Shown piece by piece: positions 40,322 through 49,725 of a stretch of DNA of 64,000 bases. The notes beneath the pieces were generated by a model, which searched no databases, was not told the origin of the DNA, and worked only from the letters and a program-made list of their open reading frames with translations. The translations under genes were made by a program, and so were the position numbers. The stretch spans positions 1,133 to 65,132 of the forward strand of contig CAZMPN010000001.1 in assembly GCA_964568395.1 (NCBI GenBank), read 5' to 3'. Source of the stretch: an uncultured Helicobacter sp. (GTDB lineage: Bacteria; Campylobacterota; Campylobacteria; Campylobacterales; UBA6016). Each line of letters opens with the position of its first letter. The first letter of the stretch is position 1.

Positions 40322-40936
40322 CTTAAACTCTTTCGAATCAAAATCATAGTCATATACGTCGCCGGTCTCTATTACGTAATACCAGCCGTAAAGCTTTAGC
40401 TCGCCTTTTTCGTATCTCTCTTTTATAAACGGATAAGAGAGCAGATGTTTTAGCTGTTCTACTACGTTCAGAAGCTCCGTATGCCAGTTTCTGATTTTTT
40501 CGTCCTCGTCTTTTAGCTCTTCCAAAACCTGTTTTTTGATAGGAGCCGCAAGCTCCAGCCACTTTTTGACGTTTGGAATTTTGTTTAGTTTCTCTTCCGG
40601 AAGATATAGAGCCGAACAGCCGCCGCAGTTTGAGTGCCCGCATACGACTATATTTTCCACGTTTAGCACGACTACCGCATATTCGATAGCGGCCGTCGTA
40701 GCCGCAAACTCTGCGGATACCCTATAAGGGGGTACGAAGTTTGCGATATTGCGCACGACGAAGAGTTCTCCCGGAAGGGTGCTGGTGATTAGGTTTGGCA
40801 CAAGCCTAGAATCGGCGCATCCTATAAAAAGAGTGTGCGGATCTTGATTGTCCCCAAGTTCTGAAAAAAGTTTTTGGTGTTCGTAAAAATCCTCGTTTCT
40901 GAATTTTACGACGCCCTCTATCAGTTTATCTTCCAT
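40310..40936 (-). CDS. Beta-class carbonic anhydrase
   Basis: 208 aa. Zinc ligands in CADSRLVP and GHSNCGG. Confidence 0.9.
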   Translation of the reverse strand: MEDKLIEGVVKFRNEDFYEHQKLFSELGDNQDPHTLFIGCADSRLVPNLITSTLPGELFVVRNIANFVPPYRVSAEFAATTAAIEYAVVVLNVENIVVCGHSNCGGCSALYLPEEKLNKIPNVKKWLELAAPIKKQVLEELKDEDEKIRNWHTELLNVVEQLKHLLSYPFIKERYEKGELKLYGWYYVIETGDVYDYDFDSKEFKLIR

Positions 40937-41999
40937 CTTTATCCCTTTGTTTGAGCTGTCCGCACGCTGCGGATATATCTATTCCTTTTGATTCTCGTAT
41001 CGTGCATATAAATTTTTTGCTTGCCATATACCCCCTGAAAGCTTCGGCCGCCTCCGTCGTCGGCCTTTTAAATTCGCTATCTTCGTACGGATTAAAAAGT
41101 ATTAGGTTTACTTTTGCGTCAAGCCCGCTAAGAAGCTTTGCCAGTTTTTTTGCGCTCGCTATATCATCGTTTACGCCGCCTAGCAGCAGGTATTCGAAAA
41201 GCACTTTTTTGCGTTTATCGGCTTTAAATCCCCTGACGGCGTCTATGACAGACTTGATATTATATGCCCTGTTTATTGGCATCAGCTTCTCTCTGAGCAC
41301 ATCGTCGACGGCATGCAAGCTAATCGCCAGATTGACGCCCAGATCGAGATTTGCGAGCTTCTCTATCTTCGTCGCAAGTCCGCTTGTGGAAATCGTAATA
41401 CGGCGAGGGGCTATACACAGGGCGTCTTTATGCGTAATGATCCTTATCGCCTTTACGACGTTATCCATATTGTCAAGCGGTTCGCCCATGCCCATAAAGA
41501 CTATGTTTATGCTTTTTTCTTCGCCAAACTCTTTGTCTTTTTTGATAAAGGCCACCTGCTCTACTATTTCGCCGACGGTTAGATTTCTCTCAAATCCTCC
41601 TTTTGCCGTCAGACAAAACGCACACCCTACTTTGCATCCGACTTGCGACGATATGCAGACCGTATATCTTGCCTCTCTCGTCTTTTTGCCGTCATCGTCG
41701 TATTCGTCCTCTTTCATCTTGAGAAGCACGGTCTCCACCGTCTTGCCGTCCGGCAAACCAAAAAGATATTTTTCGCTTCCATCCAGGCTTACCTCTTTTC
41801 TAATAAGCGTTAGCGCTCCGGCAAAAAACTTCTCTTCGAGAGCCTCCCTATAATCTTTCGGAAGATTGCTCATCTCCTTGAACTCTGTAATATTTTTTTT
41901 GTATATCCAGTTCAAAACCTGCGTAGCTCTAAATGACGGGCCATTCAGCAGCCCGGTTAGCTCGCTTGGTTCCAGGTCGTAAATATTTATCTTACTCAT
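40926..41999 (-). CDS. rlmN: 23S rRNA/tRNA adenine-C2 methyltransferase (radical SAM)
   Basis: 357 aa. Contains QVGCKVGCAFCLT and the C-terminal catalytic Cys context (ACGQL). Confidence 0.92.
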   Translation of the reverse strand: MSKINIYDLEPSELTGLLNGPSFRATQVLNWIYKKNITEFKEMSNLPKDYREALEEKFFAGALTLIRKEVSLDGSEKYLFGLPDGKTVETVLLKMKEDEYDDDGKKTREARYTVCISSQVGCKVGCAFCLTAKGGFERNLTVGEIVEQVAFIKKDKEFGEEKSINIVFMGMGEPLDNMDNVVKAIRIITHKDALCIAPRRITISTSGLATKIEKLANLDLGVNLAISLHAVDDVLREKLMPINRAYNIKSVIDAVRGFKADKRKKVLFEYLLLGGVNDDIASAKKLAKLLSGLDAKVNLILFNPYEDSEFKRPTTEAAEAFRGYMASKKFICTIRESKGIDISAACGQLKQRDKDGR

Positions 42000-42522
42000 A
42001 CGTTTTTAACTCTTTTTCATATCTATCGTAGATAATTTCGGTTGCCGTATTTAAATTATTCACATACTCCTCTTTGGCATTTTCAAAGCAGTAGTTTGTT
42101 ACGACAAAAAATCCTCTTGCCGCTATTTTGGCCTCTCTTGCCGCCCAGAGCACCGAATAGAACTCCATGTTTTCTACGTCCAACCCGTCAGCTAAAAATT
42201 TTTCGCTTACCTCTTTATTCGACGTAATATAGTTTGAAGAGTTGACAATTGTTTCATGTGAAACATTACTAAAAATTTTGTTTTCTATCGGCGTATATGC
42301 GCCGCCATCGACAAGAGCGTGCTCAATCTGTGCGGCGGACGACGAATAAAAGGTATCGAACGGCTTCTTCTTCCCATAGCTGCCGCAACTTCCTACGAAT
42401 AAAATCTCCTTTGGCCTGTTTTCCAAGATTATACGGCATAGATTGTACGCACTCTCGATAAGCCCCACTCCTATCGGTTTTGCAAAAGAAAACTGCTCGG
42501 TTCTGCCGGCGCAAACTATCAT
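41992..42522 (-). CDS. Short nucleoside phosphorylase-family (PNP_UDP_1-like) protein
   Basis: 176 aa. Contains [20 protein letters not shown] and [13 protein letters not shown], which resemble MTAN/futalosine-hydrolase-type motifs. About 50 aa shorter than typical members. Confidence 0.5.
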   Translation of the reverse strand: MIVCAGRTEQFSFAKPIGVGLIESAYNLCRIILENRPKEILFVGSCGSYGKKKPFDTFYSSSAAQIEHALVDGGAYTPIENKIFSNVSHETIVNSSNYITSNKEVSEKFLADGLDVENMEFYSVLWAAREAKIAARGFFVVTNYCFENAKEEYVNNLNTATEIIYDRYEKELKTYE

Positions 42523-43295
42523 AATCTTATGTTTATCCCGCTCTTCGCAAGCTCACGCTTCAAATCAACAATCTCCACTTCTTTAAAGTGAAATATCGAA
42601 GCCGCAAGCCCCGCATCGCAGTTCGTTGCGCGAAACAACTCGGTAAAGTGCTCTTTATTTCCGGCGCCACCGCTCGCTATTACCGGCACCGAAACCGCGT
42701 CCCTTACGGCTTTTGTAAGCTCAAGATCAAATCCCGCCTTTGTGCCGTCGGCATCCATGCTGGTTAGAAGTATCTCTCCGGCGCCTCTCTCCGTTACTTC
42801 TTTGGCCCACTCTACGGCGTCTTTTCCGGTATCGAGTCTACCGCCGTTTATAAATACGTTCCATCTGTTCGCGCCGACTTTTTTTGCGTCGACGGCCGCA
42901 ACGATGGTGGAACTCCCGAATCTAAAAGAAGCGTCGTCAAAGAATTCGGGATTTTTTACGCCTGCGGAGTTTATGCTTACTTTGTCGCAGCCCACGTTTA
43001 GCAGTCTATATATGTCGTCCAGCGTTCTAATTCCGCCTCCCACGGTAAGCGGTATAAAAACGGTTTTTGCCACCTCTTCGACTATATGTACTATCGTATC
43101 TCTGTTTTCATGGCTTGCGGTAATATCCAGAAAAGTTAGCTCATCCGCACCCTCTTCATTATACCTAGCGGCAATCTCTACTGGATCTCCGGCATCTTTT
43201 AGGCCGACAAAGTTGACACCTTTTACAACCCTTCCGTCTTTGACATCCAAGCACGGGATTATTCTTTTTGCCAAAAAATCCACTCTATTCTCCAC
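42519..43295 (-). CDS. hisF: Imidazole glycerol phosphate synthase, cyclase subunit
   Basis: 258 aa. Contains [16 protein letters not shown] and the typical (beta/alpha)8 phosphate-binding motifs. Confidence 0.95.
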   Translation of the reverse strand: MENRVDFLAKRIIPCLDVKDGRVVKGVNFVGLKDAGDPVEIAARYNEEGADELTFLDITASHENRDTIVHIVEEVAKTVFIPLTVGGGIRTLDDIYRLLNVGCDKVSINSAGVKNPEFFDDASFRFGSSTIVAAVDAKKVGANRWNVFINGGRLDTGKDAVEWAKEVTERGAGEILLTSMDADGTKAGFDLELTKAVRDAVSVPVIASGGAGNKEHFTELFRATNCDAGLAASIFHFKEVEIVDLKRELAKSGINIRL

Positions 43296-43420
43296 CTTTG
43301 TCGCCGTTTTAACTGACGAATATTAGCAAAGTTTGGCTTGCGATTTTTGGGGCTTCTTAATTGTTTATAAGCAAACTTTCAGTACTATCGGAGCTAAAAT
43401 CTTTTGAAAAGTCTTAAACG

Positions 43421-44215
43421 TTGCAGGTAGTAGCCAAAAAAAAATTCGGTCAAAACTTTTTAAAAGACGAATATTACCTTAACCAAATCATCCAGTCGAT
43501 GCCCGAAAACGACAATATAGTCGTTGAAATCGGGCCTGGACTAGGTGATTTAACCGGCAAGCTTTTGACAAAAAAAGCGGTAGTTGCCGTTGAGGTTGAC
43601 ACGGATTTGATTTCAAATCTAGAGTCTAAGTTCAAAGATCAAATAAAAAACGGTAAGTTTCGCCTGCTCCATGCGGATATACTCTCCGTTTGGGACGAAG
43701 CGATGAGCTTTGGGCCAAAGGTAGATATAGTCGCCAACTTACCGTATTACATCGCTACGAATATAGTACTAAGAGCAATCAAGGACGATAGGATAGAAAA
43801 TATCATCGTCATGGTTCAAAAAGAGGTTGCCGACAAGTTTTGCGCAACCCCAAAATCATCGGATTTTGGCGCTATATCGGTAATTTGCGACGCGATGTGC
43901 CAAAGGGGAATAGTCTGTGAACTTCCACCTTCGGCTTTTGAGCCGGCCCCAAAGGTCTTTTCTAGCGTTTTAAATCTATCTAAACGCGAAAAACCTTTGA
44001 TAGAGAAGGCTTTGTATAGCGACTTTGAAAGCTTTTTGAAAAACTCTTTTTTGGCTCCAAGAAAGACGCTTTTGAAAAACCTATCAAACGCATACAAAAA
44101 AGAGCTCGTCTCGGCCGCTTTTGAAAAATTAGAACTATCTTTGAATATAAGACCTCACGAGCTTTCAACCGAGCTTTTTGTCAAGCTTTTTACGGATATT
44201 AAATCATTCAACTAG
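43421..44215 (+). CDS. rsmA: 16S rRNA (adenine1518/1519-N6)-dimethyltransferase
   Basis: 264 aa, TTG start. Contains KKKFGQNFL and VEIGPGLGDLT. Confidence 0.92.
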   Translation: MQVVAKKKFGQNFLKDEYYLNQIIQSMPENDNIVVEIGPGLGDLTGKLLTKKAVVAVEVDTDLISNLESKFKDQIKNGKFRLLHADILSVWDEAMSFGPKVDIVANLPYYIATNIVLRAIKDDRIENIIVMVQKEVADKFCATPKSSDFGAISVICDAMCQRGIVCELPPSAFEPAPKVFSSVLNLSKREKPLIEKALYSDFESFLKNSFLAPRKTLLKNLSNAYKKELVSAAFEKLELSLNIRPHELSTELFVKLFTDIKSFN

Positions 44216-44234
44216 CTAAATAAAAGGGCTTAGA

Positions 44235-46241
44235 ATGGAAAATTTCGAACAAAATAAAGAGCATCAAGAAACCGCTCAAACGCAAACGGAAAACAAACAA
44301 CAGGCAACCGCCCAAAACGAGGGTGCCGGCGAGAATAAAAGGTCAGCCAGAGCTGAAGAGTACTTCAAAAATAGAAAACAGAAGTTTTTCGGCAACAGAA
44401 GACCGCGCGACGAAAGAAGCGAGAGGCCAGAGAGAGAAGATAGAGGCGGTGGACACCACGGTAGCCAACAAGACGATGGCGCAAATCTAGGATGGCATAC
44501 GAATATCAAAAACGCCATCGAAGCAAACAAAAGAATCCAGCAAAATAGGTTAAATCCGGACATAAAACTAAACCACAACACAAAGGCGACAATCAGAATC
44601 ACACCTCTTGGCGGCCTCGAGGAGATTGGCGGAAACATAACGATCATAGAGACGCAAAACAGCGCTATCCTCGTAGACGTCGGTATGAGCTTCCCTGAGG
44701 ACGATATGCACGGCGTAGACATATTGATTCCGGATTTTTCTTACCTTAGACAAATCAAACACAAAATAGCCGGCGTAGTAATCACCCATGCCCACGAAGA
44801 CCACATAGGCGCGGTACCTTATCTTTTTAGGGAGATGCAATTTCCTCTATACGGAACGCCTTTGCCGCTTGGTATGATAGGCAACAAGTTTGACGAACAC
44901 AAAATGACGGAGTACAAAAGATATTTCCGTGCTATAGAAAAAAGAAGGGTAATAAAAATAGGCGATTTTGAAGTCGAGTGGATGCATATGACGCACTCCG
45001 TAATCGACGCATCAAGCCTTGCCATCACGACTGAAGCCGGAACGATCATCCATACCGGCGACTTTAAGATAGACCATACTCCGATAGACGGATACCCTGC
45101 GGATCTTCATAGGCTTGCGTATTACGGGGAGAGGGGGGTGCTATGCCTCCTATCAGACTCCACGAACTCCATGAGACCCGGTGTTACGCTATCGGAAAGC
45201 AGCGTAGGGCCTACTTTCGACACGATATTCTCGCGCTCAAAAGGTAGAGTGATTATGTCTACATTCTCTTCCAATATCCACAGGGTATACCAAGCGATAG
45301 AGATGGGTATTAAATACAATAGAAAAGTCGCGATTATCGGCCGCTCGATGGAGAGAAACCTTGAGGTTGCCATGAATCTAGGCTATATCAAGCTTCCGTT
45401 TGGGATATTCATAGACGCTGCTGAAGTGGCGAAATATCCGGACAACGAGATACTTATCATCACTACAGGCTCTCAGGGCGAGACGATGAGCGCCCTGTAT
45501 AGAATGGCAGTAAACGAGCATAGGCATATCAAGCTAAAACCGTCGGACATGGTAATCCTATCGTCAAGCGCCATTCCTGGGAATGAGGGCAGCGTATCAA
45601 CTGTACTAAACTATATCCTAAAAGCCGGAGCGAACGTAGCATACAAAGACTTCTCGGATATCCACGTCTCCGGACACGGCGCGCAAGAGGAGCAAAAACT
45701 GATGCTTCGCCTCGTAAAACCTAAATTCTTTTTGCCTATCCACGGAGAGTACCAGCACGTGGCAAAACACAAAGAAACGGCTATCGCGTGCGGTATAGAC
45801 GAGAGAAATATCGTACTGATGGAAGACGGCGACCAGATAGAACTAAACGCTAGAGGCATGAGAAAAATAAAAACCGTCAAAAGCGGGAAAGTCTATATCG
45901 ACAACCAAAGAAACAACCAGATCGAAGAAGACGTCGTTATGGATAGGCAAGAGCTCGCCGAGAACGGTATAGTCATTATAGTGGCGTTCGTAGACAAGCA
46001 AAACAAAGCGCTCATCGAAAAACCTAAGGTTTCAAGCTTCGGTCTAGTGTCGGACAGAGACGATAGAAACTTCTCCGAAGAGATGGAAAACGTACTTGTC
46101 AGCTTCCTCCAGAACGCAAACAAAGAGGTTATAGAGAACAAAAGAATGCTCGAGAACGAGATAAGACAAGTACTTAAAAAACATATCTTTAGGGCTCTAA
46201 AAAAATATCCGGTTATAGTGCCGACAATTTTTGTACAATAA
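44235..46241 (+). CDS. rnj: Ribonuclease J with ~125-aa low-complexity N-terminal extension
   Basis: 668 aa. Metallo-beta-lactamase motif THAHEDHIGA, beta-CASP and C-terminal domains. The N-terminus is Q/E/R/N-rich. Confidence 0.92.
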   Translation: MENFEQNKEHQETAQTQTENKQQATAQNEGAGENKRSARAEEYFKNRKQKFFGNRRPRDERSERPEREDRGGGHHGSQQDDGANLGWHTNIKNAIEANKRIQQNRLNPDIKLNHNTKATIRITPLGGLEEIGGNITIIETQNSAILVDVGMSFPEDDMHGVDILIPDFSYLRQIKHKIAGVVITHAHEDHIGAVPYLFREMQFPLYGTPLPLGMIGNKFDEHKMTEYKRYFRAIEKRRVIKIGDFEVEWMHMTHSVIDASSLAITTEAGTIIHTGDFKIDHTPIDGYPADLHRLAYYGERGVLCLLSDSTNSMRPGVTLSESSVGPTFDTIFSRSKGRVIMSTFSSNIHRVYQAIEMGIKYNRKVAIIGRSMERNLEVAMNLGYIKLPFGIFIDAAEVAKYPDNEILIITTGSQGETMSALYRMAVNEHRHIKLKPSDMVILSSSAIPGNEGSVSTVLNYILKAGANVAYKDFSDIHVSGHGAQEEQKLMLRLVKPKFFLPIHGEYQHVAKHKETAIACGIDERNIVLMEDGDQIELNARGMRKIKTVKSGKVYIDNQRNNQIEEDVVMDRQELAENGIVIIVAFVDKQNKALIEKPKVSSFGLVSDRDDRNFSEEMENVLVSFLQNANKEVIENKRMLENEIRQVLKKHIFRALKKYPVIVPTIFVQ

Positions 46242-46244
46242 AAT

Positions 46245-47210
46245 ATGCAAAACTATAAACAAATCGCAGCGGACGTATTGAGACTAGAGGCGGCCGAATT
46301 ATCGGCCTGTGCCGACAGGATAGACGACTCATTCGAGAGAGCCGTGGAGGCTATCTATGCGATCAAGGGTAAGCTGGTCATTATAGGAGTCGGCAAGTCC
46401 GGACTTGTGGGCGCTAAAATAGCGGCTACAATGGCCAGCACCGGAACTCCTAGTTTTTTTATACACCCGACAGAAGCGATGCACGGCGACCTAGGTATGA
46501 TAGGCAAAGAGGACGGCGTGCTTGCCATAAGCTACAGTGGAGAGAGCGAAGAACTGGTGGCGATACTTCCTCATCTGCAAAGACACGGCGTAAGGCTCAT
46601 AGCAATGAGCAGAGATAATAGCTCGTCGCTTGCAAGTTTTGCCGATATCCACCTCAATATAGCCGTATCCAAAGAAGCATGTCCGCTAAACGCCGCCCCT
46701 ACAAGCTCAACCACACTTACCATGGCGCTTGGCGATGCGTTGGCGGTTGCGCTAATGGAAAAACGCGGATTCAAAAAAGAGGATTTCGCATATTTCCACC
46801 CGGGCGGGAGTCTCGGGAAAAGACTTTTTGTAAAAGTAAAAGATATTATGAGAAGCGAAAACCTGCCTATTGTTTCATGTGAAACAATTTTGAAAGACGC
46901 GATTATAAAAATGTCGGAAGGAAAGATCGGCTCCGTTATCTTTGAAAACGAGGGGAAGCTGGCGGGCGTTCTGAGCGACGGAGACCTAAGACGCGCACTA
47001 ATGGACGACGGTTTTTCAGTAGACAAAAAAGCATTTTCCTACGCCAGTAAAAATCCAAAGTCGATAAAAGACGAAAACATTCTGGCGGTAGACGCACTAA
47101 ACACTATAGAGACGAACAAGATACAGCTTTTGGTTGTTACGGATGAAGGCGGCACGATAAAAGGTGCGCTTCACATACACGATTTGGTGGAAGCCGGTAT
47201 AAAAAAATGA
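46245..47210 (+). CDS. kdsD: Arabinose-5-phosphate isomerase (KdsD/KpsF type; SIS + tandem CBS)
   Basis: 321 aa. SIS motif IGVGKSGLVGAKIAAT and two C-terminal CBS repeats. Confidence 0.9.
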   Translation: MQNYKQIAADVLRLEAAELSACADRIDDSFERAVEAIYAIKGKLVIIGVGKSGLVGAKIAATMASTGTPSFFIHPTEAMHGDLGMIGKEDGVLAISYSGESEELVAILPHLQRHGVRLIAMSRDNSSSLASFADIHLNIAVSKEACPLNAAPTSSTTLTMALGDALAVALMEKRGFKKEDFAYFHPGGSLGKRLFVKVKDIMRSENLPIVSCETILKDAIIKMSEGKIGSVIFENEGKLAGVLSDGDLRRALMDDGFSVDKKAFSYASKNPKSIKDENILAVDALNTIETNKIQLLVVTDEGGTIKGALHIHDLVEAGIKK

Positions 47211-47986
47211 GAAAAAAAGTAGAAAAAGTAAGGCTAAACAAGCTTATCGCCGATAGAAGCGAATATTCTAGACGTGAAGCGGACAAGCTTATACAAGACG
47301 GCTACGTTAAAGTAGAAGGCGAAGTAGTTACGAACCCTGCGGAGAGCTTTGATAAAAATATCGACGTAAGCGTCAAAAACAGAAGATTAAAACCTGCAAC
47401 GGATTTTTTTACGGCAATCGTCTATAATAAACCAAAAGGCGAACTTGTATCAAAAAGCGACCCAAGAGGAAGAAAGACAATATTCGACTCGCTGGATAAC
47501 GAATTTAAAAAGTTTATTCCCGTAGGCAGGCTCGACTATGCGTCGGAAGGAGTGCTTATCCTCACCGACTCGTCCAAAGTGGCAACGGCGCTTATGAATT
47601 CCGGCTTAGAGAGAACGTATAACATAAAAATAAAAGGCGATATCACAAAGCAGCTTGAAGACGCGATGTTGTCGGGCGTCGAGCTGAGACATTCAAAAGT
47701 CGGCGCTCACGAAAAAAGCGCTCCGGTCGATATGACCATAAAACCTTTTATAGGATACAAAATAACCAAAAACTCTCCTACGTTTTCAAAACTCAGCGTC
47801 AAAATAGCGGAAGGTCAAAACAGAGAACTTAGGCGTTTTTTTGCACACTTTAAAAGAGAGATTGTAGACCTAAAAAGAGTCGGATACGGTTTTATTAATC
47901 TAAACGCCCTGCCGACAGGGAAAACAAGATATTTGACAAAAGCGGAATATAGCGAACTTAGAGACTTCATCAAAAAAGGGGAATAG
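47207..47986 (+). CDS. RsuA/RluB-family pseudouridine synthase
   Basis: 259 aa. S4 domain (RLNKLIADRSEYSRREADKLI) and the catalytic motif GRLDYASEGVLILT. Confidence 0.85.
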   Translation: MRKKVEKVRLNKLIADRSEYSRREADKLIQDGYVKVEGEVVTNPAESFDKNIDVSVKNRRLKPATDFFTAIVYNKPKGELVSKSDPRGRKTIFDSLDNEFKKFIPVGRLDYASEGVLILTDSSKVATALMNSGLERTYNIKIKGDITKQLEDAMLSGVELRHSKVGAHEKSAPVDMTIKPFIGYKITKNSPTFSKLSVKIAEGQNRELRRFFAHFKREIVDLKRVGYGFINLNALPTGKTRYLTKAEYSELRDFIKKGE

Positions 47987-48382
47987 ATGTTAAAAAAACT
48001 TACGTACAAAACAAAACACAAAAGCGAAATGATACAGATAACGAACGATATCAAAGAGCTTGTTATCAAATCCGGCATTAAAGACGGAATAGCGGTGGTG
48101 TTCACTCCTCATACGACCGCTAGCGTACTTTTGTTTGAAAACAACGATCCTAACCTATCAAGAGATTTTCTTAAAAAAATGGCCGAATTTGCGCCTGCAG
48201 AAGCTAAATACGCACATATCGGCGACAATGCCCACGCCCACATCAAATCTGGCGCGATTGGCGGCGGCGTAACCCTTATCATAGAAGATGCGAATATCAT
48301 CATGGGCAAATGGCAGGGAATTTATCTAGCCGACTTTGACGGCCCAAGAGAAAGAGAAGTTTACCTAAAGATAGTCGGTTGA
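47987..48382 (+). CDS. yjbQ: YjbQ/UPF0047-family protein (secondary thiamine-phosphate synthase type)
   Basis: 131 aa. Contains TPHTTASVLLFEN and the HIKS region typical of UPF0047. Confidence 0.85.
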   Translation: MLKKLTYKTKHKSEMIQITNDIKELVIKSGIKDGIAVVFTPHTTASVLLFENNDPNLSRDFLKKMAEFAPAEAKYAHIGDNAHAHIKSGAIGGGVTLIIEDANIIMGKWQGIYLADFDGPREREVYLKIVG

Positions 48383-49713
48383 AGATAGCGATAATAGGCG
48401 GCGGTATATCAGGACTTGCAACCGCCTTTTACCTAAAAAGATTCTCTCCGACAAACGAAATAACCGTCTTTGAAAGAGAGCCCGATTTTGGCGGAAAGCT
48501 AAAAACAGTCAAAAAATACGGCTTTTCGATAGAAATAGGCGCAAACGGGTTTTTGTCAAACAAACCGGACACGCTCGATCTCGTAAGAGATGCCGGCCTA
48601 GAACACCTGCTCATGCCTAGCTCCGATGAAGCCAGAAAGAGATTTATCTTCGACAAAGGCAAGCTGCATCAACTGCCGGAAGATCCGAAGGCTTTTTTGA
48701 AGACTAAACTTTTGGGTCCAATGGGAAAACTTAGGGTTTTGTTTGAATTTATTATTCCGGCCAAAAAAAGCGACAGCGAAGAGAGTTTGCAGGATTTTGG
48801 CTACAGAAGAGTCGGCAAAGGAATGACTAACGTCTTTTTGGATGCCATGACGGCCGGCGTATTTGCGTCTACGCCCGAAAAACTCTCCGTAAACGCCGCA
48901 TTTCCAGCCGTAGTAAAACTTGAAAAAGAGCACGGCGGACTATTCAAAGGGATGCTCGCCAAAAAGAAAAAAGAGGCGGGACCGGGCGGAATCCTTATGA
49001 GCTTCAAAGGCGGAGTATCCACGTTTATAGAAGCTCTCTCTGCATCTTTTAGCTTCAATAAAAAGCTAAACTGCGAAGTTACGAAAGTAAAAAAACTTGG
49101 CCTTAAATGGCTAGTAGAGACATCGGACGGAACACAAGAAGAGTTTGACAAGATAGTAATAGCAACGCCCGCTTTTGTCGCCGCAAGGCTCTTAAAAGAA
49201 GAGGACGAGGAGCTCTCAGAACTTCTGAAAACGATAGAGTACTCTCCTGTAGCCGTTGTCGCACTAGGATACGACAACCTACCCCACCCTCTGGACGGCT
49301 TCGGTCTTCTAACGACGAAACGCTCCGGTATTCCTGTGCTTGGGATACTATGGGACAGCTCGATATTCCCGGATAGAGCCGAAAACGGCAATAAGCTTCT
49401 AAGGGTAATGATAGGGGGACAAAGGCAGCCGCTGCTTGCGCTAAAAGAAGAAGACGAGCTGCTAAATATAGCCACGGGCGGAATATCCGAGACTATGGGA
49501 GTATATGAGGAGCCGCTCCTAAAGCACGTAGTCAGATGGCACAAAGCGATACCAAACTACGCCGTAGGGCATTTGGCTCTAATAGACAGGATATTTGGCA
49601 GGGTTGCCAGACTAAAGGGGCTATATCTAAACTCAAACGCCTACAGGGGCGTAAGCTTCAACGACTGCGTCAAAAACTCCAAAGAAACGGCATTTAAAAT
49701 TATCAGCGAGTAA
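48379..49713 (+). CDS. hemY: FAD-dependent protoporphyrinogen/coproporphyrinogen III oxidase (HemY/CgoX family)
   Basis: 444 aa, TTG start in a TTGA overlap. Dinucleotide-binding IAIIGGGISGLA and amine-oxidase-fold length. Confidence 0.8.
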   Translation: MKIAIIGGGISGLATAFYLKRFSPTNEITVFEREPDFGGKLKTVKKYGFSIEIGANGFLSNKPDTLDLVRDAGLEHLLMPSSDEARKRFIFDKGKLHQLPEDPKAFLKTKLLGPMGKLRVLFEFIIPAKKSDSEESLQDFGYRRVGKGMTNVFLDAMTAGVFASTPEKLSVNAAFPAVVKLEKEHGGLFKGMLAKKKKEAGPGGILMSFKGGVSTFIEALSASFSFNKKLNCEVTKVKKLGLKWLVETSDGTQEEFDKIVIATPAFVAARLLKEEDEELSELLKTIEYSPVAVVALGYDNLPHPLDGFGLLTTKRSGIPVLGILWDSSIFPDRAENGNKLLRVMIGGQRQPLLALKEEDELLNIATGGISETMGVYEEPLLKHVVRWHKAIPNYAVGHLALIDRIFGRVARLKGLYLNSNAYRGVSFNDCVKNSKETAFKIISE

Positions 49714-49725
49714 AATTACTCGCTG
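49704..49725. terminator. Perfect palindrome CAGCGAGTAA-aa-TTACTCGCTG containing both convergent stop codons (hemY and rho)
   Basis: Read directly. TAA of hemY is at 49711-49713 and TAA of rho is the complement of 49716-49718. Confidence 0.4.
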
